A stretch of DNA of 59,749 nt, counting the filler, from Nemertoderma westbladi (lineage: Eukaryota; Animalia; Xenacoelomorpha), in NCBI GenBank assembly GCA_032718475.1. It is 3 parts of 3 records of this genome, joined end to end, with 100 filler letters (N's around TTAATTAATTAA, not from the genome) between each part and the next. Parts side by side here need not be neighbours in the genome. Positions count along the whole stretch, not along the records: positions 23,606 to 50,741 come from JAUCBJ010003841.1; 2 more parts are not named here. One strand, 5' to 3'. The translations under genes were made by a program, and so were the position numbers. The first letter of the stretch is position 1. The number at the start of each line of letters is the position of its first letter. The notes under the pieces were generated by a model, which saw only the letters and a list, made by a program, of their open reading frames with translations, was not told where the DNA came from and searched no databases. This document shows, piece after piece, positions 35,154 through 48,400 of the stretch.

Positions 35154-36998
35154 GGGTAAGGAACTTAGATGGTTCCTGGAGGGTCCGGGAGGAGCAATAT
35201 AGAACTCTAGGACTGATTACAGGCGATGTCAATGTGCCTGGAAGGCACCGCATGGACAAACCAGTACAATAATTCCTAAGTGCAATTAACCAAGTGCAAT
35301 TAGTATGTACGTAGGTAATCAATCAATATTAGAGAAAGTATAATATATGTACTATAGTCAGATATAACCTTTTCCAATTAGCTACTGGGACTGGGGACTA
35401 ATTGACTGAAACAGGAGGACGAGACATTAGACGGAACTCACTTCTTGAGTGTGATGGCATAAATGAGAATGTGAGGCCCAACAGAAGTGAGTGGGGATAA
35501 AACGGGTTGAGTATGGGAGGAGCATGGGGAGGAGGTATTAGGGTATGGGGAAGCAAAAGGGTGCGAGATTCAAGCGTGTGGAGCGGGCATGGAGGGGGAT
35601 GAGTCCTAAGGGACTAGTGAGAGAGATAGGGACAACAACGTCTGAAAGATAAAATTGTGTGAGGAGTGAGGGTGATTGTCTAAAACAGAGATGCAAGATG
35701 CCTTGGTACAGCGTAGCTCGCAGATGTACCAAGGATGGGTAGTGAAAACAGGCCCATGGGGGCCAGCCTGGAAAGCTGACCCTGAGAAGATAATTCCACC
35801 CCACATCCAATATTAGATTGGATTCCAGCGAAATTGAAGCACACTTAAGGTTGATGCTATCTTTTTACCGGGAAGATAGCATGGGGGGAGTGTAAGCGGA
35901 TTCAATTCCCTGCACTACCCAGCGGAAAATGGGCGAAGTGGCTTTTTACCAATTACAGTTGGGAAGGTGACATTACCAATATAATGTCACCTAATAACCA
36001 ACTCAGGCAACACACACTGCCAGCCACGTATAGAGTTGAGAGGCCATAAGCCATCTCAGGGGACAAAGGGGCTAGCAATTGGGGACAGTGGCAACAGGGA
36101 GTGGCGAGATGGAAATTAATTAGGTTAGCCAATGATGGGAGGGGAAAACAGGTGATTGGAACTCATCTATTGGCCAGGCCGCTCAGTACAGTAGGAGTAA
36201 CTAATATGTGTTAGCAATATAATCATTGTACTTGTTGATTATGATTCAGTTGGTATCTGTAGAGTTGTGAGACCGGAACGGTTTTTAACCGTCGTCATTA
36301 CCGTGCTATTATATTCTGACTGTGCTATTATTATGTTCTGACATTATAACAACTGACACTAAAAACTCAGTTATTCCAACGGCCTTCGGCCTCAATATTC
36401 AGACTACAGCCTTTCAGCAGCCTACGGACGCGGCGACGCATATAGTACCAAACAACACACCAGTCGGGGTTTAGAAACCAACTACTGGATCCCGTCACTC
36501 AAACAATATAAATTCAAATTTCATCTACAAACGCAACCACAAAAATTCATTACTAACAACACCATTAGGTATTAATAAGTTAACTATTTCCTTTATAAAA
36601 TACCAAAAACATAAAATGATACCACTAATATTAATTAAAACACCACTAACCGACACTGCAAAATATTTGGCCACGCTATAGTGACGCCACTTACCGGTAG
36701 CACACTACAGCATTTCTGCTGCACTGCTTATGCAAGCAGTGAAATTGCGCTTTACATCACTTTTTTCAGTTGCTGTCAATTTGCGCAACAGCTAGGAATG
36801 AGTAGGCTCTAGATTTATTGATGATATACCCATTGCCTTCTAAAATCACACAAAACATTTACTATATAGGCTACTTCCATAAAGGTAGATCTTCCTGGAC
36901 TATTGGCTGATGGTTGATACACATCCATGAATATAATAATCCATAAGATGAAGTGAAGTAAAGTTATCGGATAACGTGAAATTCAAAACACCATCGGG

Positions 36999-39676
36999 GG
37001 CAACTCGAAGGCTCATCTCCCATGCCAACTAGAAGGCTCATCTCCCATGCCAACTAGAAGGCTCATCTCCCATGCCAACTAGAAGGATCATCTCCCTTGC
37101 CAACTCGAAGGCTCATCTCCCTTGCCAACTAGAAGGCTCATCTCCCATGCCAACTAGAAGGCTCATCTCCCTTGCCAACTAGAAGGCTCATCTCCCTTGC
37201 CAACTCGAAGGCTCATCTCCCATGCCAACTAGAAGGTTCATCTCCCATGCCAACTAGAAGGCTCATCTCCCTTGCCAACTCGAAGGCTCATCTCCCATGC
37301 CAACTAGAAGGCTCATCTCCCTTGCCAACTCGAAGGCTCATCTCCCTTGCCAACTAGAAGGCTCATCTCCCATGCCAACTAGAAGGCTCATCTCCCTTGG
37401 CAACTCGAAGGCTCATCTCCCTTGGCAACTCGAAGGCTCATCTCCCTTGGCAACTCGAAGGCTCATCTCCCTTGGCAACTCGAAGGCTCATCTCCCTTGG
37501 CAACTCGAAGGCTCATCTCCCATGCCAACTCGAAGGCTCATCTCCCTTGGCAACTCGAAGGCTCATCTCCCTTGGCAACTCGAAGGCTCATCTCCCTTGG
37601 CAACTCGAAGGCTCATCTCCCTTGGCAACTCGAAGGCTCATCTCCCTTGGCAACTCGAAGGCTCATCTCCCTTGGCAACTCGAAGGCTCATCTCCCATGC
37701 CAACTAGAAGGTTCATCTCCCTTGCCAACTCGAAGGCTCATCTCCCTTGGCAACTCGAAGGCTCATCTCCCATGCCAACTAGAAGGCTCATCTCCCTTGC
37801 CAACTCGAAGGCTCATCTCCCATGCCAACTAGAAGGTTCATCTCCCTTGCCAACTCGAAGGCTCATCTCCCTTGGCAACTCGAAGGCTCATCTCCCTTGC
37901 CAACTAGAAGGCTCATCTCCCATGCCAACTAGAAGGCTCATCTCCCTTGGCAACTCGAAGGCTCATCTCCCATGCCAACTAGAAGGCTCATCTCCCATGC
38001 CAACTAGAAGGCTCATCTCCCTTGCCAACTCGAAGGCTCATCTCCCTTGCCAACTCGAAGGCTCATCTCCCTTGCCAACTCGAAGGCTCATCTCCCTTGC
38101 CAACTCGAAGGCTCATCTCCCTTGGCAACTCGAAGGTTCATCTCCCTTGGCAACTCGAAGGCTCATCTCCCTTGGCAACTCGAAGGCTCATCTCCCTTGG
38201 CAACTCGAAGGCTCATCTCCCTTGGCAACTCGAAGGCTCATCTCCCTTGCCAACTAGAAGGCTCATCTCCCTTGGCAACTCGAAGGCTCATCTCCCTTGC
38301 CAACTAGAAGGCTCATCTCCCTCGGCAACGCGAAGGCTCATCTCCCTTGGCAACGCGAAGGCTCATCTCCCTTGGCAACGCGAAGGCTCATCTCCCTTGG
38401 CAACTCGAAGGCTCATCTCCCTTGCCAACTAGAAGGCTCATCTCCCTTGCCAACTCGAAGGCTCATCTCCCTTGGCAACTCGAAGGCTCATCTCCCTTGC
38501 CAACTAGAAGGCTCATCTCCCTTGGCAACTCGAAGGCTCATCTCCCTTGCCAACTAGAAGGCTCATCTCCCTTGGCAACTAGAAGGCTCATCTCCCTCGG
38601 CAACGCGAAGGCTCATATCCCTTGGCAACTAGAAGGCTCATCTCCCTTGGCAACGCGAAGGCTCATCTCCCTTGGCAACTCGAAGGCTCATCGCCCTTGC
38701 CAACTAGAAGGCTCATCTCCCTTGGCAACTCGAAGGCTCATCTCCCTTGCCAACTAGAAGGCTCATCTCCCTTGGCAACTAGAAGGCTCATCTCCCTCGG
38801 CAACGCGAAGGCTCATCTCCCTTGGCAACTAGAAGGCTCATCTCCCTTGGCAACGCGAAGGCTCATCTCCCTTGGCAACTCGAAGGCTCATCTCCCTTGG
38901 CAACTCGAAGGCTCATCTCCCTTGGCAACTCGAAGGCTCATCTCCCTTGCCAACTAGAAGGCTCATCTCCCTTACCAACTCGAAGGCTCATCTCCCTTGC
39001 CAACTCGAAGGCTCATCTCCCATGCCAACTAGAAGGCTCATCTCCCTTGGCAACTAGAAGGCTCATCTCCCTTGGCAACGCGAAGGCTCATCTCCCTTGA
39101 CAACTCGAAGGCTCATCTCCCTTGCCAACTAGAAGGCTCATCTCCCTTGGCAACTCGAAGGCTCATCTCCCTTGCCAACTAGAAGGCTCATCTCCCTTGG
39201 CAACTCGAAGGCTCATCTCCCTTGCCAACTAGAAGGCTCATCTCCCTTGGCAACTCGAAGGCTCATCTCCCTTGCCAACTAGAAGGCTCATCTCCCTTGG
39301 CAACTCGAAGGCTCATCTCCCTTGCCAACTAGAAGGCTCATCTCCCTTACCAACTTGAAGGCTCATCTCCCTTGCCAACTAGAAGGCTCATCTCCCTTGG
39401 CAACTCGAAGGCTCATCTCCCTTGCCAACTCGAAGGCTCATCTCCCTTGGCAACTCGAAGGCTCATCTCCCTTGCCAACTAGAAGGCTCATCTCCCTTGG
39501 CAACTCGAAGGCTCATCTCCCTTGCCAACTAGAAGGCTCATCTCCCTTGGCAACTAGAAGGCTCATCTCCCTTACCAACTCGAAGGCTCATCTCCCTTGC
39601 CAACTCGAAGGCTCATCTCCCTTGCCAACTCGAAGGCTCATCGCCCTTGCCAACTTGAAGGCTCATCTCCCTTGGC
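36999..39676. repeat. 25-bp minisatellite, ~107 copies
   Basis: Unit G(G/C)CAACT(C/A)GAAGGCTCATCTCCC(T/A)T. Confidence 0.97.
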
Positions 39677-39875
39677 TGTAAGGCCACTCAAACTCCCAAG
39701 GTCTAATACTCTCACTATCTAAGAATTTTCATTACTCCCCCAGATTATTCCAAGTTCCCATTACAGCTGGGGGGCTGGAGCTATTTCAGAGTAACAGATT
39801 AACGAACACTGGGCTGTTTCTTATCGGGGTTCGAACTCACGACCTTCTGCTTTGAAGATTGACGCTCTAAACACG
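39660..39875 (-). mobile_element. tRNA-derived SINE
   Basis: Minus strand GTTTAGAGCGTCAATCTTCAAAGCAGAAGGTCGTGAGTTCGAACCCCG is tRNA-like with a Pol III B box (GTTCGAAC). The body CCCAGCTGTAATGGG runs into AAGGGAGATGAG. Confidence 0.6.
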
Positions 39876-42470
39876 AACGTTGCATATCGATATCCAAAGA
39901 AAGGTTCGATATTTGATATATGATATATTCTGTATTTAAGATGTACAAAAAAATACATAGTATATTAAATTTAAATCACACTAAAGTGTAAGTAATTATT
40001 AAAAAACCACACCCCCCAACATGATCAGTGCATCAGGTCTAACCCAACGATCCCACCACGATTTAGATATCCCCCGCTAAGAGGCGCATACCTCCTACAA
40101 TTCGCTACCATGTGAACGTGGATTTGGGTGTGGCTTAGCAGGCTATCAACCTCCCAGTATTGTGTTCTAGTCATCTCAAGCAGAAGGTCATGCATGAATG
40201 AGTGACGTTTAGATTAATGCTACTATTATGCAGGCAATGCAATCTCTAGTGAGTAGCTAACATTACACGTCTTTGTCTTAGTATTATTAAGCCTTGAGGT
40301 AACTATAGTTTAGTATCTTTAATATACAATCAATATCTTGGTCCGTAAGCAATTATTCAGGGAAATGGCCTGGTTGGACTAATGGCATGCCAAATACTTC
40401 TTAATAAAGTAGGGATTTGCAATTGAAATCGATATGTGTTTGCTAAATGAGTCTCACCTCTATTGAACGTGCATAAGGCTTTGATTCCCTATTGAAGGTT
40501 CGGTTACTGGTGTTTATTACAAAATGCCCTGATTAAGGCTCTATACTAAGTATACTGGGGGGGGGGGGTATGGGTGTAACTGAACCATCACTGGTAGCCA
40601 ACCATCCCCAGAGTTTCTTATAAGAGGATTAAGTCTTAGTTGGGCCCTGATTAATAAGAACTGGGTACTCTCTCATAGCTGCTAGTTTGTTGCTACCCGT
40701 TCTATCATAAAGTTTAGTAGGAATACCGTAATCTGAATTCCTGTTGAGTCAGCGAGCTTTACGGTTCGGAAATTTTTCACACCGGTCACTTATCAAGATC
40801 AAACAACAGGAGAGAAGGCATTTTACGAGAGCATAAAAATACTGCTAGGCAGTTTACTTCTACATATCTGGTGGGTTGATATTACTGGGATTACAATGAC
40901 AGTATTTATTATCAAGCCATGATATATTATTAGTTGTTATTAAATTTTTTTAGAGTGTAATAGTAGTATTCATTATTATTAGAATATACTTTTATAATCT
41001 AAATAAATAACTAAAATAGATTGCTGATTTATAATTGTAATGTACGTTCTTTATATTAATAATTTATTTAATAAACAAATTATAGACTTTTAGAAATGTA
41101 TAGCGACTGTTATGACACCTCATTGATTTTCGAGTAAACTCCCCCGTTCTGGTGGTGGGGGGTCCCATTGCTGCACAAAGCCCAACCCAAATCAATCAAT
41201 CAGGCAAGCCAATACAACATCAGCTATTTCGGAATAAAAGTAAATTTACGGTCTACTGACCAACACATGTCCCCTGCCCAGTAATTGCTGAATATTTCGT
41301 GTTGTATGTGGATTGATTGATTGCTATTAAATTTCACCCTTTTTGTGGTTTTCTATGGATTCCATCAATTGTGATTGGCGGGCTCCGCTTCATATATTAT
41401 GGGATTAAACTTGGGTTTATCACTCGCGATAATTGTAAAATTTTGTGATAGGGCCTACCATTTCTTTATATATATTTTCAGTATAATATTTTATTCCGAA
41501 AGCCTCTTTCGTGGGGCTAGACTGCTGTGAACTGATCTCTTACCGCATCAGGGTTGGTTATCATTTAGTTTCATTTATTTTTGGTAATTACATATAAATT
41601 AATTACATTACATTAATAAAGAAGTAGGGTGCTATACAGGTTCTACAATCGAATTGTGCCGTAAATTACTACACTAGATCTATTTAAATTAATTTATTGG
41701 GCCATTCCCATTTTGAAGTGTTTTTGTCTAGTCGTATTTATCTTTTTATGATCAATGGACTGCAATAACATTTTATTGGGTTTCCACTCAAGTTAGTCAC
41801 GAGAAGTCAGTCCTCTTGTGCATTATATATTATAGCAAACACCAATGTTTCTATATGGCGATAAGAAATTATCAAATATTCAGACTATAGAAATCATAAG
41901 CCAGTAACATATTACATATAATTAGAAAGTTGTTTACTTATGGCGCCAGTTTGTTTGTATACTTGCGATAAGTGTTACAATAATTACTAAACTATACCTA
42001 TATTTAGTATTCTTACGTCGTATCATATGTTATCTTATTAGGATCTTTTAATGCAAAATTTGGAGTTCCCTCTACCAACCAACCCTGTTAATCTAGTAAT
42101 TAAAAATCCAGGCGGAATTAACTATAACAAAATAATTATACTGGTACTTGATTAAAATGATTATTGATTAAAACTTATAAAGATAACATATTATTTTAAT
42201 AATTTCTTTAATTTTCAATATTCGTTTAAACTTGCTTGTAGGAATTTTACGATATTTTAAGGATTTTCCTCAACTACTTTCGTTTTCAACTTCCAGTAAT
42301 TTTATGTGGATATTGATTATCTTTACATATCATCTCAATTATTTTGCATTTTCTGTTATTATTTTGTGATATATATTTGAAGATATTTATGAACTGATTT
42401 ATTTCTATACCGGAATATCAATAAATACAATGTGAACGGAATCTTTAACTCTGCGTTAACATTCGTAACA

Positions 42471-45400
42471 ATGAGATTAGTAACGTTGTTATTGTTGTCC
42501 AGCTTCAGTCAGATTGTCGACTTTGGTAGTGCCTATAGTTTCCGCCCTCTTATTCGACAATTACTCAGTGAACATGGACAATTATCCGATATGGTAAATG
42601 TAACTGCAGCTACTAAAGACGAAACAACAACTGCGCAGATTACAGTCATCGATGACAAACCGAAAATCCACTGGTGGTAAGATTTATATACTGTAATGAC
42701 AATTAATACAAAATAAATTAATGATAGATTTTGGTTGTCTATTCGATTTGTGTTGTTTCATGTAACACAGTAATATATTAACATTGATATGAGTATCATT
42801 AGGGTGAGTAAGGAAGACTTTAGGGGAGACTTTATGTTGAATAACTCAAAAACTATTGTAAATGATTTTACACTATCACACAAAAATGTTCGGAATACTT
42901 ATAGGCGGCTACCTACACCCGCGCAACAATATTTTATTACCTTTTGTTCATTTTTGTTTTATTGTCAAAAAACCTTTACTGGGTTCAAAAGTAATGTTCA
43001 CAAACTGCAGCATCAGAAGGCGGCCCTCTCATCGATTGGATTACAGGAAAACAATTAAAATGCTCCTGGATTGAAAATTATACAATATATTTATTATCAA
43101 AAAGTACCATACCTCGTTAAATTGTAATAGCGGTTTTAATGAACTATTTATTACTTCCGTTCCTGCTAGAACCATATGAACGAAGACCTAAATTTGTATA
43201 AAATTTGGGATAATATTTGACAAATTAATAATCGTATTTATTGCGTATATATACGTATTGAGGTAAGATTTGGTAGGATATTTAATTAAATGACATACCA
43301 GAATTATATAGGTGGTTAGATTGTCTTACCATAAGTATATATAGTTAATTAATATAATAAATTTATAGTAGAATTTGGTTGGCTGTTCGATTTGATGTTA
43401 TTCATGTGTTTATTAACACTGAGATAAAAAAAAAAGCAGTAATAAAACAGAAACTTGATAAAAAACGGGGACACAACAGAAAAATTCGAAAAAATAACTG
43501 GTTTGATAATATAAAATAAATTGTAGGTCGATTTGTAAGATATTATTTTAGTGGCATACCGGAAATACATTGGTAGTTGTGTAGGTAGTTTGGTTGGATA
43601 TTAATCGTAATAATATCTTCAGGGCGCTAAGCAACCAGCTGTTCGCCGATTGGACAGATAGGAACTCCCGCCGACCAATCAAAGACGTTTGCGCCGCCAA
43701 CAAGTTGGGCTTGGCGAAACGCCAACAGCGACTCTGTCGACAGAACTTCGACCATCTGCCGGTTGTCGGGGCCGGAGCTCGACAGGGTCTCCAAGAGTGT
43801 CAGAAACAATTCCAGGGTCGGCGATGGAACTGCTCTGTGGTTAACGAACACAACGTCTTTGGTGATAACTTTATAGCGAGTCGTGAGTTGCTAAGTAATA
43901 CAGTCAACTAAACAAATATAGAGCTCATCCTTATAATATAATTTGCGGAAAACTTCATTAGTGAAAATTGTTCAAAACTTCATTATTATCCTTACCTTTT
44001 TATAACCGCACTGTGTGTGGAAGGAATTTATTCACGGATTCCTCCTGAGTATCAAACTGCATGAAATCGGAATAGAAAAATCAGATATATTGAATTGGAA
44101 ATTTGGAAAGAAAGAATTTAGTAAAAAATGATTGAAATATTTTATGCATTTGATTTACAAGCAAATTATCAGTAAATTATCGGTAAAGGTTGCGGTATTG
44201 TAGCTGTAGGTACTGCAAGTAAAACAACTAGAGAGACTATAAGTTACATGCCATCAGTGATCAGAAGACGGCGGTCAGTCAGTCAGGCAGATCAGTTTCG
44301 CCCCAGATTAGTGTTTTATCCAGAAGGTACTGTAGTGCTAAAGGTCATTAATAATAGAAGAGGTGCGTCCCAAAGGGAGAAGATACAGATACCATGAAAG
44401 GAAGATCTAGAGGCATAAACTAAAGAAGTGTTTTCTCTTGTCCCTCTGCATCCCTTTGCACGTACTATTTTATCATTAGATAATATTCCAGGAAACTACT
44501 GTATTTCACTAACTAATCACAGCCGAATATTACCACAAATACGCCAAACTTCTATGCTTGTTGATAATATAAAAAAGAAAGTAAATAAGTCTGCGTTGTG
44601 ATTGTGTATATAACCTTTCATACAACTTGTTTATTTATTAATTTGCCATTCTCCTCTACCGACACCCTTTGCCTTTGGCGCTAACTTCTTGATAAAGATC
44701 TCATCTGGGGAAAAACCTACCTAACAGCCGCTTGCCGTTAGCTAAACTCTGATTGCATGCATATTCTGGTTTCCAGTCTTTACTGATAATTATTAATATT
44801 ATGTAGATACGAGAGAGAAAGCGTTCACCCACGCGATCATGGCAGCAGGGGTTGCTCATATGATTGGTCGAGCCTGTAAAGAGGGAAATTTAAACCGATG
44901 TGGGTGTAGTGTTGATAAGGCGCCGAAGGAATTAAACAAGGTAACTGTGGAAATTAATTGAAAGAACAACTTGAAAATAGCCCGAAATTTATCGGTATTA
45001 TTAAATAATTTTCTGAGTAGTACTGTAGATTCCATCGCTCCTTGCAGATTGCATTTGACATCACTTAGAGACGCCGTCCCAATACTAATACACACTGCAA
45101 ATGTTATATTCTTACAGTTTTCACCCGGGTGAAAGAAATTGACTTTCGTTAATTGTTTTGGTTTTAATGACGTAACGTGTTGATATTATGATTTGATATT
45201 ACGTATATACTGTAACCTGCTCTAAGGGAAAGGCATGGACAGCTTTGAATGGGCTTTCCAGGATTTGGAATTCACACAGAAATAATCGGAAACTTACGGT
45301 CCGATTATTCAGAGCAGCAGTAGTTCCAGTACTCTTCTATGGGGGTCCTTGCTGGGATCTAAATGCTGACTAGGACTAGTACAAATTAAGTACTGCGTTG

Positions 45401-48400
45401 AAAATAAACGTATTACCATGGTCTACTATACTGTAGATAGATATCTATAGTAGGTCATGTTATTACAAATATTTCCATTACTGGACATATGGCGGGGGGG
45501 GGGGGGGGCGCCATATGTCCACATTATGAATATATGTATATGTATTCATTTGCATATTGTATGTAATATACTGTACTGTATGTATGAATATTAAAATTGG
45601 ATTAGGCTACACAAATCGATCAATCAAACATTAGTTAATATTAATAACAGTAACATAGTAATATAATACATTTAAAACTGGAATCTAAATAAAATGAGCT
45701 TGCGATATTATTTATAAGGAAACTAATTACATGTGTTCAGAGTTGTGGCACATGTATTTCCCCCGGGTTATAAATGTTTTTCTCCCGGGTAAAAAACATT
45801 TAAAAAATGGAAAAAATTGGCCGCAATCAGCCACCATAGCGTAGTTAATAGACTTGCATTGAATCTATTTAATAGTGAGTTGCTCGCGCCCAAAGGTTCC
45901 CTTCATAGCCGGTTTATAAAATTGTTATTATTAACAAATAATAATGATTTAGTGTAAAGGTAGATAACGTAGGTCCTACAGTAGTTATTTATTAACTTAC
46001 ATTACATTGAGTCAGCGATTGGTTATTAAGCCATATCTATTTATCACTATACTAATTATTTGGCCAGACAATAACATGCTTTCTATTTCAGACATATTCA
46101 TGGGGTGACTGTGGCGACAATATCCATTACGGCGTAACGTTTTCCAAGAAGTTTAACCGATTAGCGCACGCCCGAGCAAAGAAACTGCCGCATGGTTCAG
46201 AGATAAAAGCGCGAACCTTGGTGGATCTCCATAACAACGAAGCTGGAACCAAGGTGAGTCGAGGTAGTGGAACCAATGTGGGTAAACGTAAGCCGGTTTA
46301 CTCCTCCTTACTACGGTAAATGTATGCCGGTTTACTGCTCCATACTACGGTAAATGTAAGCCGGTTTACTGTTCCTTACTACGGTAAATGTAAGCCGGTT
46401 TACTCCTCCTTACTACGGTAAATGTATGCCGGTTTACTGCTCCATACTACGGTAAATGTAAGCCGGTTTACTGTTCCTTACTACGGTAAATGTAAGCCGG
46501 TTTACTCCTCCTTACTACGGTAAATGTATGCCGGTTTACTGCTCCATACTACGGTAAATGTAAGCCGGTTTACTCCTCCTTACTACGGTAAATGTATGCC
46601 GGTTTACTGCTCCATACTACGGTAAATGTAAGCCGGTTTACTGCTCCTTACCACGGTAAATGTAAGCCGGTTTACTCCTCCTTACTACGGTAAATGTATG
46701 CCGGTTTACTGCTCCATACTACGGTAAATGTAAGCCGGTTTACTGTTCCTTACTACGGTAAATGTAAGCCGGTTTACTGCTCCTTACTACTGTAAATGTA
46801 AGCCGGTTTACTGCTCCTTACCACGGTAAATGTAAGCCGGTTTACTGCTCCATACTACGGTAATGTAGGCCGGTTTACTGCTCCATACTACGGTAAATGT
46901 AAGCCGGTTTACTGCTCCTTACTAAGGTAAATGTAAGCCGGTTTACTGCTCCTTACTACGGTAAATGTAAGCCGGTTTACTGCTCCTTCCTACGGTAAAT
47001 GTACGCCGGTTTACTGCTCCTTACTACGGTAAATGTAAGCCGGTTTACTGCTCCTTACTACGGTAAATATAAGCCGGTTTACTGCTCCTTACCACGGTAA
47101 ATGTAAGCCGGTTTAATGCTCCTTACTACGGTAAATATAAGCCGGTTTACTGCTCCTTACCACGGTAAATGTAAGCCGGATTACTGCTCCTTACTACGGT
47201 AAATGTAAGCCGGTTTACTGCTCCTTACTACGGTAAATATAAGCCGGTTTACTGCTCCTTACTACGGTAAATGTAAGCCGGTTTACTGCTCCTTACTACG
47301 GTAAATGTAAGCCGGTTTACTGCTCCTTACCACGGTAAATGTAAGCCGGATTACTACTCCTTACTACGGTAAATGTAAGCCGGTTTACTGCTCCTTACTA
47401 CGGTAAATGTAAGCCGGTTTATTGCTCCTTACTACGGTAAATGTAAGCCGGTTTACTGCTCCTTACTAAGGTAAATGTAAGCCGGTTTACTGCTCCTTAC
47501 TACGGTAAATATAAGCCGGTTTACTGCTCCTTACTACACTACGTGGGTAAATGTAAGCCGGTTTACTGCTCCTTACTACATAGATGATAATAATGATCAC
47601 CACCAAAGCCAAAGGCCAAATTTAGAACAGTTGTTTTGCGAAGCGCGTTTTCTGAAGGATCATGGACTTTATGTTCCCTTTGGCGTAGTACCGATACATT
47701 TATATTGAAAAGTTCAAAGGTCCCCTTGAAAAATTAAAATTACGGTTACTAATTATTACCTTACACCAGGTCCAATTATGGTACACTCGAGTACACGGAT
47801 TCATAATTTTCCCATAGGGGGGGGGGGGGGGGGGGGGGGGCGGGGGGCGCACGATAATCAAAACATTTTGAAATGCGTTCCTTCTTTTATGGTGAATCGC
47901 ATTTCGCATTTTTGGCTTAAGTATCTTTGTCGATTTAGCATGATTATGATTTATAAATAAAAAATTCATTGTTCAGGTCTTCCCTCAATTCACATATTAT
48001 ATGTTTTGATTTACAGGCAGTAGAGGCGTTGGCGGGCTATAAATGTAAGTGCCACGGTCTCAGTGGCAACTGCGACTCACAGACTTGTTGGACATCCCTG
48101 GGGGAATTCACATCCATTGGAAAGCACTTAAAGCAGAAATATAACGGAGCAGTTAAAGTAAGTTGGGGGCAATGTAACGCAGAAATAAAATGATAACATG
48201 TTATTTAAAGCAATACGGTAGTTATAGATCCATTTGAGTTTTCCTAATATGCCAATAAATGCAAAATCCAATACTGGTGCAGAATACCTTAATTTCGTGC
48301 AACTTAAAATATATCTGTGACAAGTTCGATCATTTCGATGCGTTCTTGTCGAATATTATTTTTTACCTGCAAAATATAACGAGTTTTTTAACACGTTTCT

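Noticed and set aside
37172-39681. Many ORFs of repeated PTRRLISLANSKAHL
   Set aside because: By-products of a 25-bp satellite whose unit length is not a multiple of three.
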